Origin: Oscillospiraceae bacterium
GTDB taxonomy: Bacteria > Bacillota > Clostridia > Oscillospirales > Oscillospiraceae
Length of the DNA: 64,000 bases
NCBI GenBank assembly: GCA_017552325.1
Contig: JAFZQE010000037.1
Span: forward strand, 4,926 to 68,925
Direction: 5' to 3'
Below the pieces are notes generated by a model. It made no database searches and was not told the origin of the DNA. It saw nothing but the letters and a program-made list of their open reading frames with translations. Position numbers and translations under genes: made by a program. Shown here piece by piece: positions 35,804-47,623 of the stretch. Each line of letters starts with the position of its first letter. Positions within the stretch are counted from its first letter, which is position 1.

Positions 35804-36395
35804 TCTTTGGAAGCTGGAAAACGAGATATACGGCTCCGGCGTCGCGCTGCTGTGCGGCGTGGACGAGGCCGGGCGCGGCCCGCTGGCCGGGCCGGTCTGC
35901 GCGGCCGCGGTCATCCTGCCCCGCGGGCTTGAGATCCCCGGCCTGAACGACTCGAAGAAGCTGACCGAGAAGAAGAGGGAAGCGCTCTTCGACCCGATCT
36001 GCGCTGCCGCGATCGCTTACGGGATCGCCTTTGCGAGCGTGGAGGAGATCGAGGAGCTGAACATCCTCGGCGCGACGATGCTGGCGATGAACCGTGCGAT
36101 CGTGCTGCTCGAGCCGCAGCCGGAACTTGCGCTGATCGACGGCAACCGCAATAAGGGGATCCTGATCCCGAGCCGCTGCGTCGTCAAGGGCGACGCCAGC
36201 TGCGCCGACATCGCCGCTGCCTCGGTGCTCGCCAAGGTCAGCCGTGACCGGCTGATGCTCCGGCTCGCGGAGGAATATCCGCAGTATCATTTCGAGCAGC
36301 ACAAGGGCTACGGGACCGCGCAGCACTACGAGGCGATCCGGGAATACGGCCCATCGCCGGTCCACCGGCCGAGCTTTTTGAGGAAGATGCACTGA
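35796..36395 (+). CDS. rnhB: Ribonuclease HII
   Basis: GVDEAGRGPLAGPV, DSKKL and HKGYGT motifs. Confidence 0.92.
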   Translation: MPDLWKLENEIYGSGVALLCGVDEAGRGPLAGPVCAAAVILPRGLEIPGLNDSKKLTEKKREALFDPICAAAIAYGIAFASVEEIEELNILGATMLAMNRAIVLLEPQPELALIDGNRNKGILIPSRCVVKGDASCADIAAASVLAKVSRDRLMLRLAEEYPQYHFEQHKGYGTAQHYEAIREYGPSPVHRPSFLRKMH

Positions 36396-36757
36396 TGGCC
36401 GACAACCGTTCCGGCCGCTGGGGCGAGGAGCGCGCCGCGCGATACCTCCGCCTGCACGGCTGGCATATCGAAGAGAGCAACTACTCCTGCCGCTTCGGCG
36501 AGATCGACCTGATCGCCAGCCGCCGCGGGATCCTCGCCTTCGTCGAGGTCAAGACGCGCAAGGACGACAGCCGAGGCGAGGCGCGGGAATTCGTCACGGC
36601 CGCCAAGCGGCAGCGCCTGCGCGCGGCCGCCGCCTGCTGGCTTTCCGAGCACGAGAGCGAGCTGCAGCCGCGCTTCGACGTCGTGGAGATCTACGCCCCG
36701 CGCGGGATCGAGACAAAGTTTCCGCGCATCACCGTCATCGAGAACGCCTTCGAGTGA
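36395..36757 (+). CDS. yraN: YraN-family (UPF0102) endonuclease-like protein
   Basis: GEIDLIA...FVEVKTR motif. Start overlaps the rnhB stop codon. Confidence 0.85.
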   Translation: MADNRSGRWGEERAARYLRLHGWHIEESNYSCRFGEIDLIASRRGILAFVEVKTRKDDSRGEAREFVTAAKRQRLRAAAACWLSEHESELQPRFDVVEIYAPRGIETKFPRITVIENAFE

Positions 36758-36782
36758 TATGTACCCGGCGGAGCCGGGGCGA

Positions 36783-36959
36783 TCAGCAAGTGCCCCTCGG
36801 GCAGAAGGTCGAGCAGTAGGTCTCGCTCTTGCTGTTCGCTTTTTCGTTCTGCACGCTGATGCGCGCCGCGCTGCAGCGGCAGTCGACGGTGTTGTATTTG
36901 CAGGCCGTGACCTCGCAGCCCACACCGGGTAGGATCTCGCTTCGCTTTTTGTCGTTCAT
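36783..36959 (-). CDS. Small Cys-rich DUF1540-type protein (58 aa), absent from the supplied ORF track
   Basis: I translated it by hand: MNDKKRSEILPGVGCEVTACKYNTVDCRCSAARISVQNEKANSKSETYCSTFCPRGTC. RBS GGGAGGCAGCAA precedes ATG 36959; stop TGA at 36785-36783. Confidence 0.7.
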   Translation of the reverse strand: MNDKKRSEILPGVGCEVTACKYNTVDCRCSAARISVQNEKANSKSETYCSTFCPRGTC

Positions 36960-37039
36960 TTGCTGCCTCCCTGCCGATATCCGGCGTCCTTAGTATGCCG
37001 CGCGCCGCGGCTTTTATTCTCGGAAACGGAAGAACTGTC

Positions 37040-37726
37040 ATGTCACTGTACGCGATCGGAGATCTACATCTGTCCCTGTCCGGCAGCAAGCCGATGCACG
37101 TCTTCGGCGAGGCCTGGGAAAACCACGCCGACAAGCTGCTGCAGGGCTTTTCCTGCGTCGGGGACGAGGACCTCACCGTGCTCTGCGGCGACCTGAGCTG
37201 GGGCATGAGCCTGGAGGAGGCGCGCGAGGACTTCCTGTTCATCGAGCGCCTGCCCGGGAAAAAGCTGATCCTCAAGGGCAACCACGACTACTGGTGGAGC
37301 ACGGCGGCGAAGGCGAAGCGCTTTTTCGCCGAAAACGATATCAAGAGCATCGACATCCTGCACAACAACTGCTTTTTCTATGAAGACTACGCCGTCTGCG
37401 GCACACGCGGCTGGTTTTTCGAGGAGGAGACCGGCACCGCGCACAACAAAAAGATCATGCTGCGCGAGATCGGGCGGCTGGAGACCTCGCTGAAGGCGGC
37501 GGGGGAGCGCGAAAAGCTCGTCTTTCTCCATTATCCGCCGATCTTTCAGAAATACGAGTGCCCCGAGATCCTCGCTCTGCTGAACGACTACAGCGTGAAG
37601 CTCTGCGGCTACGGGCACATCCACGGCAAGGGCTGCCGCCTGTCCTTCAACGGCTGGCGCGGCGGGACGGAGTTCCGGCTGCTGTCGGCCGACCATCTCG
37701 GCTTCAAACCCGTGAAAATACTGTAA
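37040..37726 (+). CDS. Metallophosphoesterase
   Basis: YAIGDLHLS (motif I), GDLSWG and GNHDYWW. Confidence 0.8.
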   Translation: MSLYAIGDLHLSLSGSKPMHVFGEAWENHADKLLQGFSCVGDEDLTVLCGDLSWGMSLEEAREDFLFIERLPGKKLILKGNHDYWWSTAAKAKRFFAENDIKSIDILHNNCFFYEDYAVCGTRGWFFEEETGTAHNKKIMLREIGRLETSLKAAGEREKLVFLHYPPIFQKYECPEILALLNDYSVKLCGYGHIHGKGCRLSFNGWRGGTEFRLLSADHLGFKPVKIL

Positions 37727-37742
37727 ACAGAAGAAAAAATCA

Positions 37743-37771
37743 TTGATTTTAGCTTGCAAATCTGCTATATT
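37743..37771 (+). promoter_or_regulatory. Promoter candidate for tig (TTGATT-17-TATATT)
   Basis: TTGATT at 37743-37748, 17-nt spacer, TATATT at 37766-37771. Confidence 0.45.
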
Positions 37772-37810
37772 AGCAAGGCTTGTATGCACATAAAAGGAAG
37801 GAGATCCACC

Positions 37811-39106
37811 ATGATCGTCAAGAACGTAGAGAAAAACGAAAACAACACCGCTGTTTTCACGGTCGAGTCCGACAAGGCCGAATTCGAGGCCGCCGTTCAG
37901 CGGGCCTATATCAAGAACAAGTCCCAGATTTACATCCCCGGATTCCGCAAGGGCAAGGCCCCGCGCCAGGTCATCGAGGGCATGTACGGTCATGAGGTCT
38001 TTTACCAGGACGCGCTGGACGAGCTGGCCCCGAAGGCCTACGAGCTCGGCGTGACGGAGAACGAGCTGCAGGTCGTCGGCGCGCCCTCCATCACGAACGT
38101 CGAGGTCACCGACGAGCGCAGCGCTTCCTATACCTTCAGCGTCGAGCTCTATCCCGTCGTCACCCTCGGCCAGTACAAGGGCATCGAGGCGGTCAGGCCC
38201 GTCGTCGCCATCGGCGACGAGGACGTCGATAAGGAGCTCGAGAGCGTCCGCAAACGCAACGCGCGCCAGATCAGCGTCGACGACCGCGAGGCGCAGATGG
38301 GCGACACCGCGAAGATCGACTTCGACGGCTTCCTCGACGGCGAGCGCTTTGACGGCGGCAAGGCCGAGGGCTATTCCCTCGAGCTCGGCTCCAATTCCTT
38401 CGTCCCCGGCTTCGAGGATCAGATCGTCGGCATGAAGGTCGGCGAGGAGAAGGACATCAACATCACCTTCCCCGAGGACTATGTGCAGGATCTGGCCGGC
38501 AAGGACGTCGTGTTCAAGGTCAAGCTCCACGATCTGACCGTGGCGGAGCTGCCCGAGCTGGACGACGAGTTCGCCGGAGACAACGGCTTCGACACGCTCG
38601 ACGAGTACAAGGCCAGCATCCGCGAGGACCTGGAGAAGAAGGCGACCGAAAAGGCCGAGACCGAATTCCGCACCGAGGTGCTGCACCAGGCCGCGCAGAA
38701 TCTGACCGTCACGATCCCCGAGTCGATGATCAGCGAGAAGACCGAGGAGCTGCTGCGCAACTACGCCGCCAACTTCGGCATGAACACCCGCGACATGACG
38801 ATCGAGCAAATCAAGCAGATGATGGGCGTCGACGACGCGACCGTCAACGCGAGCATCCGTCCCGCCGCCGAGCTGCAGGTCCGCAACGACCTCCTGCTCG
38901 AGGCCGTGATCAAGGCCGAGAACATCGAGACCAGCGAGGAAGAAAACCGCGAGTACCTCAATAAGATCGCCGAGAGCATCGGCGCGCAGGCCGAAGAGGT
39001 CGAGAAGTACTTCGGCATGGACTACATCGCCGGCGAGAAGAAGAAGGAAAAGGCGACGAACCTCATTCTCGAAAGCGCCGTTGCCAAGGCCCCCGAGCAG
39101 GCCTGA
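37811..39106 (+). CDS. tig: Trigger factor
   Basis: ATG 37811 follows AAGGAAGGAG. GFRKGKAPRQVIE signature and an FKBP-type middle domain. Confidence 0.93.
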   Translation: MIVKNVEKNENNTAVFTVESDKAEFEAAVQRAYIKNKSQIYIPGFRKGKAPRQVIEGMYGHEVFYQDALDELAPKAYELGVTENELQVVGAPSITNVEVTDERSASYTFSVELYPVVTLGQYKGIEAVRPVVAIGDEDVDKELESVRKRNARQISVDDREAQMGDTAKIDFDGFLDGERFDGGKAEGYSLELGSNSFVPGFEDQIVGMKVGEEKDINITFPEDYVQDLAGKDVVFKVKLHDLTVAELPELDDEFAGDNGFDTLDEYKASIREDLEKKATEKAETEFRTEVLHQAAQNLTVTIPESMISEKTEELLRNYAANFGMNTRDMTIEQIKQMMGVDDATVNASIRPAAELQVRNDLLLEAVIKAENIETSEEENREYLNKIAESIGAQAEEVEKYFGMDYIAGEKKKEKATNLILESAVAKAPEQA

Positions 39107-39178
39107 ACGGTATAAATTCCCCCGCGCGGGGATATGCTCTCTGAGAGTTTCGGATATCGGAAAGGAGAGTTTCATACA

Positions 39179-39760
39179 ATGAGTCTGGTACCCTATGTAG
39201 TTGAACAGACCAGCCGCGGCGAGCGTTCCTACGACATTTTCTCCCGCCTGCTGAACGACCGGATCGTCATGCTGAGCGAGGAGGTCAACGACACCACCGC
39301 GAGCCTCATCGTGGCCCAGCTCCTCTATCTCGAGGCGCAGGACCCCGACAAGGACATCCAGTTCTATATCAACAGCCCCGGCGGCAGCGTGACGAGCGGC
39401 CTGGCGATCTACGACACGATGCAGTACATCAAGCCCGACGTGTCCACCATCTGCGTCGGCATGGCCGCGTCGATGGGCGCCTTCCTGCTGTCCTCCGGCG
39501 CGAAGGGCAAGCGCATCGCCCTGCCGAACGCCGAGATCATGATCCACCAGCCCTCCGGCGGCAGCCGCGGCCAGGCGACCGACATCCAGATCCAGGCCGA
39601 GCAGATCCTCAAGATCAAGAAGCGCCTGAATCAGATCCTCGCCGACAACACCGGCAAGAGCGTCGAGGAGGTCGAGCGCGACTGCGAGCGCGACCACTTC
39701 ATGACCGCGGAAGAGGCGCAGGCCTACGGGCTGATCGACAAGGTCATCTACAAGCGCTGA
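39179..39760 (+). CDS. clpP: ATP-dependent Clp protease proteolytic subunit
   Basis: [11 protein letters not shown], catalytic Ser in GMAASMGA, and IMIHQP. Confidence 0.95.
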   Translation: MSLVPYVVEQTSRGERSYDIFSRLLNDRIVMLSEEVNDTTASLIVAQLLYLEAQDPDKDIQFYINSPGGSVTSGLAIYDTMQYIKPDVSTICVGMAASMGAFLLSSGAKGKRIALPNAEIMIHQPSGGSRGQATDIQIQAEQILKIKKRLNQILADNTGKSVEEVERDCERDHFMTAEEAQAYGLIDKVIYKR

Positions 39761-39856
39761 GACTGCGAAAGAATCGGATAGACACGACGGAGCGCGGGGT
39801 GGGCGGCAGCCCTCCTCGCGTTCCCGGTATAAGCAAAATGATGATGGGAGAAGAAT

Positions 39857-41113
<1,257 letters not shown>

Positions 41114-41158
41114 AACACAGGTTTTTTCACCGCGACCTCTCGGAAAGGAGGTTTCCCC

Positions 41159-43555
41159 ATGAACAAAGACAATATCGCTTCCGAACGCCGTGTACTGCCG
41201 CTGCTGCCCCTGCGCGGCCTGATCGTGTTTCCGCAGATGCTGCTGACCTTCGACGTCGAACGCCCGGCCTCCCTGGCCGCGATCGGCGCGGCCAACCACG
41301 GCGAGCATCTGATCTTCCTCTCCGCGCAGAAGGACATCTCCGTCGACGTGCCGCAGGAGAAGGACATCTACAGCGTCGGCACGGTCTGCCGCATCCGGCA
41401 GCAGATCCGCGGCGGCCACGCCGGCTGCCGGCTGATGGTCGAGGGCCTGTTCCGCGCCTGCGCGCTCAGCATGGACACCGACAGCAAGGGTTACACCGCC
41501 GTGCTCGAGCGCGTGAGCGACCGGCCCGAGCGCGTCAGCGCGAGCAGAAGGGAAGCGCTGCTGCGAAACTGCCTGACGCTTTTCAACGAATACCTGCACA
41601 TGAATCCGGACATGATGAACGAGCAGCTGCTCAACGTGCTCGCCAATCCCGATCCCGATTACGTGTCCTGGTACATCGCCCAGAACCTGCGCGTGAACAT
41701 CCCCGCGCGGCAGGAGATCCTCGAGGAGCTGAGCCTCAGCCGCCGTCTGACGGCGCTCGGCAGGCTCCTGCAGAACGAGCTGCATATCCTCAGCATCGAG
41801 CAGGAGCTCAACGACGCGACGCAGCAGGCGATGGAGCGCAGCCAGCGCGAATACTATCTCCGCGAGGAGATGAAGATCATCCAGTCCGAGCTGGGCGAGG
41901 ATTTCGGCACGGACGATTTCGCCGAGTACCGCAGCCGCATCGAGGCCTTGCCGGTGAAGGACGAGGTGCGCGAGAAGATCCTCAAGGAGCTTTCGCGCCT
42001 GCAGAAGCAGCCCTTCGGCTCCTCCGAGTCCGCGGTGCTGCGCGGCTGGCTGGACACCGTGCTCGAGCTGCCCTGGGGTGTCCGGACCGAGGAGACGCTC
42101 GACCTCGACAAGGCCCGCCGCATCCTCAACGAGGATCACTACGGGCTCGACAAGGTCAAGGAGCGCGTGCTGGAATACCTTGCGGTGCGCAAGCTCACGC
42201 CCGGGCTGAAGGGCGGCCTGCTCTGCCTCGTCGGCCCTCCGGGCACCGGCAAGACCAGCGTCGCGATGAGCATCGCCCGCGCGCTTAACCGCAGGCTTGT
42301 GCGCCTGTCTCTCGGCGGCGTGCACGACGAGGCCGAGATCCGCGGGCACCGCAAGACCTACATCGGCTCCATGCCCGGCCGCATCATGAACGGGATTGCG
42401 CAGGCCAAGTCCTGCAACCCGCTGATGGTGCTCGACGAGGTCGACAAGCTCGGCGCCGATTACCGGGGCGACCCCTCGGCCGCCCTGCTCGAGGTGCTCG
42501 ACGGCGAGCAGAACAACAGCTTCCGCGACCACTTCCTCGAGATCCCCTTCGACCTGTCCGAGGTCTTCTTCATCACGACCGCCAACACGACCGACACGAT
42601 CCCGCGCCCGCTGCTCGACCGCATGGAGCTCATCGAGCTCAGCAGCTACACCGACGAGGAAAAGCTGCAGATCGCGAAGCGGCACCTGCTGCCCAAGCAG
42701 CGGAAAAAGCACGGGCTCAACGGCGTTCAGCTCCGCGTCGGCGACGATGCGATCCGCGAGATCATCGCCGTCTACACGCGCGAATCCGGCGTCCGCACGC
42801 TCGAGCGCGAGCTCGCGGCCCTCTGCCGCAAGGCGGCGGGGCGGATCGCGGAAGGGAAGTGCCGCAGCCTGACGGTCAAGCCGGATAAGCTCGAGGAGCT
42901 CCTCGGCCCGGCGAAGTTCAAGCGCGACGAGACGAGAAACCGCGACGAGATCGGCCTCGTGCGCGGCCTTGCCTACACCAGCGTCGGCGGCGAAGTGCTC
43001 GACGTGGAGGCCGCCGTGCTCGAGGGCAGCGGCAAGCTGGAGCTCACCGGCAACCTCGGCGAGGTGATGAAGGAGTCCGTGCACGCCGCGGTCAGCTTCA
43101 TCCGCAGCCGGGCCGAGCAGCTCGGCGTCGACCCGGACTTCTACAGGAACTGCGACATCCATCTGCATTTCCCCGAGGGCGCCGTGCCCAAGGACGGGCC
43201 CTCCGCCGGCATCACGGTCACCGTGGCGCTTATTTCCGCGCTCACCGGAACGCCCGTGCGGCACGACATCGCCATGACCGGCGAAATCACGCTGCGCGGC
43301 AGGGTGCTGCCGATCGGCGGCCTGCGGGAGAAAACGATGGCCGCGCTGCGCGCCGGGATACATACCGTCGTCATCCCAGAGGACAATCTGCCCGACCTGG
43401 CCGAGATCGACCAGACCGTGCGGCAGGCGCTGCATTTCGTCAGCACCGACCGCGTGGAGAAGATCCTCGACCTCGTCCTCGTGCGCCGTCCCGCGGAGAG
43501 CGCGGCCGGCTTTCTCCCGGCTTCGGACGAGAAGCGCCTTCCCGTCAGGATGTGA
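41159..43555 (+). CDS. lon: Lon protease (endopeptidase La)
   Basis: [13 protein letters not shown] in the N-terminal domain, Walker [10 protein letters not shown], and catalytic [10 protein letters not shown]. Confidence 0.95.
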   Translation: MNKDNIASERRVLPLLPLRGLIVFPQMLLTFDVERPASLAAIGAANHGEHLIFLSAQKDISVDVPQEKDIYSVGTVCRIRQQIRGGHAGCRLMVEGLFRACALSMDTDSKGYTAVLERVSDRPERVSASRREALLRNCLTLFNEYLHMNPDMMNEQLLNVLANPDPDYVSWYIAQNLRVNIPARQEILEELSLSRRLTALGRLLQNELHILSIEQELNDATQQAMERSQREYYLREEMKIIQSELGEDFGTDDFAEYRSRIEALPVKDEVREKILKELSRLQKQPFGSSESAVLRGWLDTVLELPWGVRTEETLDLDKARRILNEDHYGLDKVKERVLEYLAVRKLTPGLKGGLLCLVGPPGTGKTSVAMSIARALNRRLVRLSLGGVHDEAEIRGHRKTYIGSMPGRIMNGIAQAKSCNPLMVLDEVDKLGADYRGDPSAALLEVLDGEQNNSFRDHFLEIPFDLSEVFFITTANTTDTIPRPLLDRMELIELSSYTDEEKLQIAKRHLLPKQRKKHGLNGVQLRVGDDAIREIIAVYTRESGVRTLERELAALCRKAAGRIAEGKCRSLTVKPDKLEELLGPAKFKRDETRNRDEIGLVRGLAYTSVGGEVLDVEAAVLEGSGKLELTGNLGEVMKESVHAAVSFIRSRAEQLGVDPDFYRNCDIHLHFPEGAVPKDGPSAGITVTVALISALTGTPVRHDIAMTGEITLRGRVLPIGGLREKTMAALRAGIHTVVIPEDNLPDLAEIDQTVRQALHFVSTDRVEKILDLVLVRRPAESAAGFLPASDEKRLPVRM

Positions 43556-43560
43556 GCGCC

Positions 43561-44151
43561 ATGCAGAATCTGAACGTCAATAAGGCGGAATTCGTCAAAT
43601 CCGCCGCCTCGTCCGGGCAGTTCATCCGCTCGTCGGTCCCCGCGGTCGTTTTTGCGGGGAAGTCGAACGTCGGAAAGTCATCGGTCATCAACCGCCTGCT
43701 CAACCGCAAAAACTTCGCGCGCGTCGGCGCTGCGCCGGGAAAGACGGTGCACGTCAACTACTTTCTGATCGACGGGAAGCTCTATTTCGTCGACCTGCCG
43801 GGCTACGGCTTCGCCAAGGTCTCGCAGAGCGAGAAGGAGCGCTGGGGAAGGCTCATGGAGGAGTTCTTCGCCGAGCCCGAGCTGATGAGCCTGGGCGTCC
43901 TGATCGTCGACGCGCGGCATAAACCGACCGCGGACGACGTCACGATGGGCGAGTGGTTCAAAAACAGCGGCCGAAGCTTCTGCGTCGTCGCCAACAAGCT
44001 GGACAAGCTGAAAAAGAGCGAGATCGAGGGCAATCTGCGCCTGATCCGCGAGACGCTTGCCCTGCCAGGGGAGATCCCGCTGATCCCGTTTTCCGCCGAA
44101 AAGGGGAACGGGCGCGAGGCGCTCATCGCCGAGATCCTGAAAGTAATTTGA
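43561..44151 (+). CDS. engB: Ribosome biogenesis GTP-binding protein YsxC/YihA
   Basis: [12 protein letters not shown] (G1), DLPGYG and NKLDK. An alternative GTG start is at 43552. Confidence 0.9.
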   Translation: MQNLNVNKAEFVKSAASSGQFIRSSVPAVVFAGKSNVGKSSVINRLLNRKNFARVGAAPGKTVHVNYFLIDGKLYFVDLPGYGFAKVSQSEKERWGRLMEEFFAEPELMSLGVLIVDARHKPTADDVTMGEWFKNSGRSFCVVANKLDKLKKSEIEGNLRLIRETLALPGEIPLIPFSAEKGNGREALIAEILKVI

Positions 44152-44156
44152 AATGG

Positions 44157-44193
44157 ACAGCAGGATGATATTTTTCATCCTGCTGTTTTTTTC
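44157..44193 (+). terminator. Intrinsic terminator
   Basis: ACAGCAGGATGA (44157-44168) pairs with TCATCCTGCTGT (44175-44186), followed by a T7 run. Confidence 0.85.
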
Positions 44194-44255
44194 GTCCTGC
44201 TATTGTATTTCCATAAAAAATTTGGTAAACTACCGTTATATTGGGGGTAGAATGA

Positions 44256-44954
44256 ATGAGCGCATGGCAGAACTTTATCAACGGTTTCGATTTTCAGCCC
44301 CTGCTGGAAATGCTGATGTTTGCCGTCCCCGCGCTCATCTGCATCACGCTCCACGAGCTCAGCCACGGCTATGTGGCCTGCCGCCTCGGCGACACGACGG
44401 CCAAAGACGCGGGACGCCTGACGCTCAACCCGATCAGGCATCTCGATATCGTCGGTTTTCTGATGCTGATCGTCGCGCACGTCGGCTGGGCCAAGCCCGT
44501 GCCGGTGAACATGTACCGCTTCGAAAACCCGAAGCGCGGCATGGCGATCACCGCGCTGGCCGGTCCCGTGAGCAATTTCATCATCACGGCCGTCAGCATC
44601 GTGCTGTACTGCTTCTTCTATCCGCTGGTCTATTCCCGCACGTCCTCGGTTTTCCTCCTGGACTGCTTTGACCTTCTGTACTATACGGCCTATCTCAGCC
44701 TCGGCCTCGGCCTTTTCAACCTCTTGCCGATCCCGCCGCTGGACGGCTCGAAGGTGCTCTTCGCCCTCCTGCCCGACAGCGCCTACGCGAAGCTGATGCG
44801 CTACGAGAGATACGGCATGATCCTGCTGATCGCGCTGGCCTATTTCGGCGTGACCGGCCAGTTCCTCAGCAGCGTCATCGGCGCCGTGTTCGAGCGCTTC
44901 CTCGATCTGGGCGACCTGTTCTTCCGGTGGGGCTGCTCCCTGTTTTTGGCGTGA
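44256..44954 (+). CDS. Site-2 protease family (peptidase M50) membrane metalloprotease
   Basis: HELSHG zinc motif in a multi-TM protein, plus NLLPIPPLDG. Confidence 0.85.
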   Translation: MSAWQNFINGFDFQPLLEMLMFAVPALICITLHELSHGYVACRLGDTTAKDAGRLTLNPIRHLDIVGFLMLIVAHVGWAKPVPVNMYRFENPKRGMAITALAGPVSNFIITAVSIVLYCFFYPLVYSRTSSVFLLDCFDLLYYTAYLSLGLGLFNLLPIPPLDGSKVLFALLPDSAYAKLMRYERYGMILLIALAYFGVTGQFLSSVIGAVFERFLDLGDLFFRWGCSLFLA

Positions 44955-44961
44955 GTGCAGC

Positions 44962-45747
44962 ATGGAAAATCCAAGCTTTTTTCTTGAAGGCGTCGTACAC
45001 GAAAAAAACGAGCTGCAGGACTTTGAGGGTCCGCTCAGCCTGATCCTGATGCTTCTGCAGAAGAACAAGATCGAGATCCGAGATATCAAAATCGCCGAGA
45101 TCCTCGACCAGTATCTGGCCTATCTCGACCAGATGCAGAAGATGGACCTCGAGATCGCCAGCGAGTTCGTGCAGATGGCCTCGCATCTTCTGTATATCAA
45201 GACGAAGACCCTGCTGACGGACGACGACAAGGAGGTCTCGGAGCTCGAGCTCCTGATGGCCTCGCTCGAGCAGCTTAAGAGCAAGGACGTCTACGAAGCC
45301 GTCCGCCAGGTCACGCCCTCGCTGAAAAGCGCCGCCGAGCTCGGCATGCTCTACTATTCCCGCATGCAGGAGCCGCTGCCGAAGGAAGGCAGGGCCTACG
45401 ATTACCGGCACGAGCCGGTGGACCTGCTGCGCGCGCTGCTGGGCGTCTATTCCCGCGGCGTCAAAACAAAGGAGCGCGACCTGCTCTCTCCGGCCATCCC
45501 GAGCCGCATTACCTACAGCGTCCGCGACAAGAGCCGCGAGATCCTCGGCCGCCTCCGCACCGCGTCCTGCACGCTGCGCGAGCTCTACCGGGGCTGCGCC
45601 AGCCGCTCGGAGGTCGTGGCCACCTTCCTGTCCGTTCTCGAGCTGTGCAGCATGGGCAGCATCCGCCTCAGCCGCTGCGCCGACGATTTCTCCGTGGAGT
45701 TTTCCGGCGGGGACGTCGAAGACATTCTGGAAAAGATCGAAGAGTAA
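44962..45747 (+). CDS. scpA: Segregation and condensation protein A
   Basis: FEGPLSLILMLLQKNKIEIRDIKIAEILDQYL. Confidence 0.9.
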   Translation: MENPSFFLEGVVHEKNELQDFEGPLSLILMLLQKNKIEIRDIKIAEILDQYLAYLDQMQKMDLEIASEFVQMASHLLYIKTKTLLTDDDKEVSELELLMASLEQLKSKDVYEAVRQVTPSLKSAAELGMLYYSRMQEPLPKEGRAYDYRHEPVDLLRALLGVYSRGVKTKERDLLSPAIPSRITYSVRDKSREILGRLRTASCTLRELYRGCASRSEVVATFLSVLELCSMGSIRLSRCADDFSVEFSGGDVEDILEKIEE

Positions 45748-45749
45748 CG

Positions 45750-46349
45750 ATGATTGATTTGAAATCCGCGATCGAAGCGGTCCTTTTCGCCGCGGGCGAT
45801 CCCTTTCCCGCCGCCCGGCTCTCGCTGATCCTCGGCGTGCCCGAGGAGGAGATAGAGCTCGCCGTCACTGAGCTTGCCGAGTCTTACGAGAGGGAGCAGC
45901 GCGGCTTCCGCCTGCTCCGCATGGGGGACAAGCTGCAGCTCTGCTCCGCGCCGGAATTCGCGCCCGTCGTGATCCGCGCGCTCGAGCAGCGCAGGCCGCC
46001 GATGCTGTCCCAGCCCGCGCTCGAGACCCTGGCGATCGTCGCCTATTACCAGCCGGTCACCCGCGCCTATATCGACCAGGTGCGCGGCGTGGACAGCGCC
46101 TACACCGTCGGGATGCTGGCCGAGCGCGGCCTCATCGAGGTCTGCGGCCGTCTCGACGTTCCCGGCAGGCCGTCCCTTTTCAAAACGACGGATCTCTTCC
46201 TCCGCACCATGGGCGTTCGAACCCTGGAGGAGCTGCCGCCCCTGCCGGACATGACGCAGGGCGACGGGATCGAGAAGCTGCAGCGCGCCATCGACGACCT
46301 GCAGCACGAGGAGAACGGCCAGCTCGCCATCGAAGAGCTCGATAACTGA
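45750..46349 (+). CDS. scpB: Segregation and condensation protein B
   Basis: ATG 45750. AIEAVLFAAGDP...ETLAIVAYYQPVTRAYIDQVRGV. Confidence 0.9.
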   Translation: MIDLKSAIEAVLFAAGDPFPAARLSLILGVPEEEIELAVTELAESYEREQRGFRLLRMGDKLQLCSAPEFAPVVIRALEQRRPPMLSQPALETLAIVAYYQPVTRAYIDQVRGVDSAYTVGMLAERGLIEVCGRLDVPGRPSLFKTTDLFLRTMGVRTLEELPPLPDMTQGDGIEKLQRAIDDLQHEENGQLAIEELDN

Positions 46350-46371
46350 ATATCACACAGGGGGTGATGTC

Positions 46372-47181
46372 TTGGTCGGATGTATCATCTTAGGCGTCAT
46401 CGTCCTGATCGTCTTCTGTATCAACATGATCCGTATCGGCGCCGACGTCGCCTATGAAAACGGCGAATTCCGCCTCGCGGCCAAGGTCGCCGGCATCCGG
46501 CTCCAGTTGATCCCGAAGGAAGATCGGGAGGAAAAGCCGAAGAAAGAGAAAAAGCCCAAGAAAAAGAAAAAGGAAAAGAAGAAAAAGGAGAAGAAGCAGG
46601 AAGAAGGGGAGGAGCAGCCGAAGAAAAAGGGCCTGCCCCTCGGCATGAACCTCGAGGAGCTCTTCGACGCTGCGAAGGCCATTCTCGGCCATATCGCCCG
46701 CTTCCCGCGGAAATTCCTCATCGACCACTTCAAGCTCCATGTCGTGATGGCCGGCATCGACCCCTACGACACGGCGAGGCAGTTCGGCTGGCTGAACGAG
46801 GCCCTTTCGATCCTCCATCCGCTGGCGCAGAAGGGCTTCAGGGTCAGAAACTCCGACGTCAGGACCGAGATCGACTTTGTCAGGGACAGGATCGGGGTCG
46901 AGTTCGCGATGGGGCTGACGATTCGCATCGGACAGATCGTGGGGCTCCTGAACGCGATCATAATCAGCGCCGTGAAGGTCGTGATCCGCAGCAAGCGGCG
47001 CCAGAAAAAGGAGCGCAGGGCAGCCGAAAAGGAAGCGAAGCTCGCGCAGGCCGCGCTGCCGCCCGAGGGGACGGAAAAGCCCGCGCTGCCGCCCGGCGAC
47101 GCGGAGACGGCCGATAACATAAAGAAAGAAGAAAACGATAAAGATATCAAGTCAGAGGAAAGGACGGACTCAAATGGATAA
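46372..47181 (+). CDS. DUF2953/YtfI-like membrane protein with a Lys/Glu-rich insert
   Basis: N-terminal TM segment. Assignment rests mainly on position directly upstream of, and overlapping, ytfJ. Low-complexity stretch EKPKKEKKPKKKKKEKKKKEKKQEEGEEQPKKK. Confidence 0.6.
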   Translation: MVGCIILGVIVLIVFCINMIRIGADVAYENGEFRLAAKVAGIRLQLIPKEDREEKPKKEKKPKKKKKEKKKKEKKQEEGEEQPKKKGLPLGMNLEELFDAAKAILGHIARFPRKFLIDHFKLHVVMAGIDPYDTARQFGWLNEALSILHPLAQKGFRVRNSDVRTEIDFVRDRIGVEFAMGLTIRIGQIVGLLNAIIISAVKVVIRSKRRQKKERRAAEKEAKLAQAALPPEGTEKPALPPGDAETADNIKKEENDKDIKSEERTDSNG

Positions 47182-47563
47182 CAAGAACCCGATCGGTGAA
47201 CTGATGGAAAGCACGATGGAGAATGTTCGCAACATTCTCAAGGTCGACACGGTTGTCGGCGATCCCATTTTCACGCCGGACGGCATCACGCTGGTCCCGG
47301 TCTCCCGCATCAGCGTCGGCTTCGGCGGCGGCGGCGTGGAGTTCAGCAACAAGAAGGGCGGCGAGAACCGTCCCTACGGCGGCGGCAACGCGACGGGCGT
47401 GAAGATCGATCCGATCGGATTCCTCGTCATCAAGGACGGGAACATCCGCATGATCAACATCCTTCCCGCTGCGAACACCACCATCGACCGCATCATCGAC
47501 CTCGTCCCGCAGGTCATCGACCGCGTCGAGGACTTCATCAACAAGCAGAACGAGGAAAAATAA
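47174..47563 (+). CDS. ytfJ: GerW/YtfJ-family sporulation protein
   Basis: VVGDPIFTPDGITLVPVSRISVGFGGGG motif. Confidence 0.85.
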   Translation: MDNKNPIGELMESTMENVRNILKVDTVVGDPIFTPDGITLVPVSRISVGFGGGGVEFSNKKGGENRPYGGGNATGVKIDPIGFLVIKDGNIRMINILPAANTTIDRIIDLVPQVIDRVEDFINKQNEEK

Positions 47564-47584
47564 AAGCCGCACGATCCGCTCATA

Positions 47585-47616
47585 ATAAGCACTGCCCGAA
47601 GGGTGGTGCTTATTTT
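47585..47616 (+). terminator. Intrinsic terminator/attenuator after ytfJ
   Basis: 13-bp stem ATAAGCACTGCCC / GGGTGGTGCTTAT (includes G-U pairs) with a GAA loop, followed by TTTT. Confidence 0.65.
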
Positions 47617-47623
47617 GAAAGTA

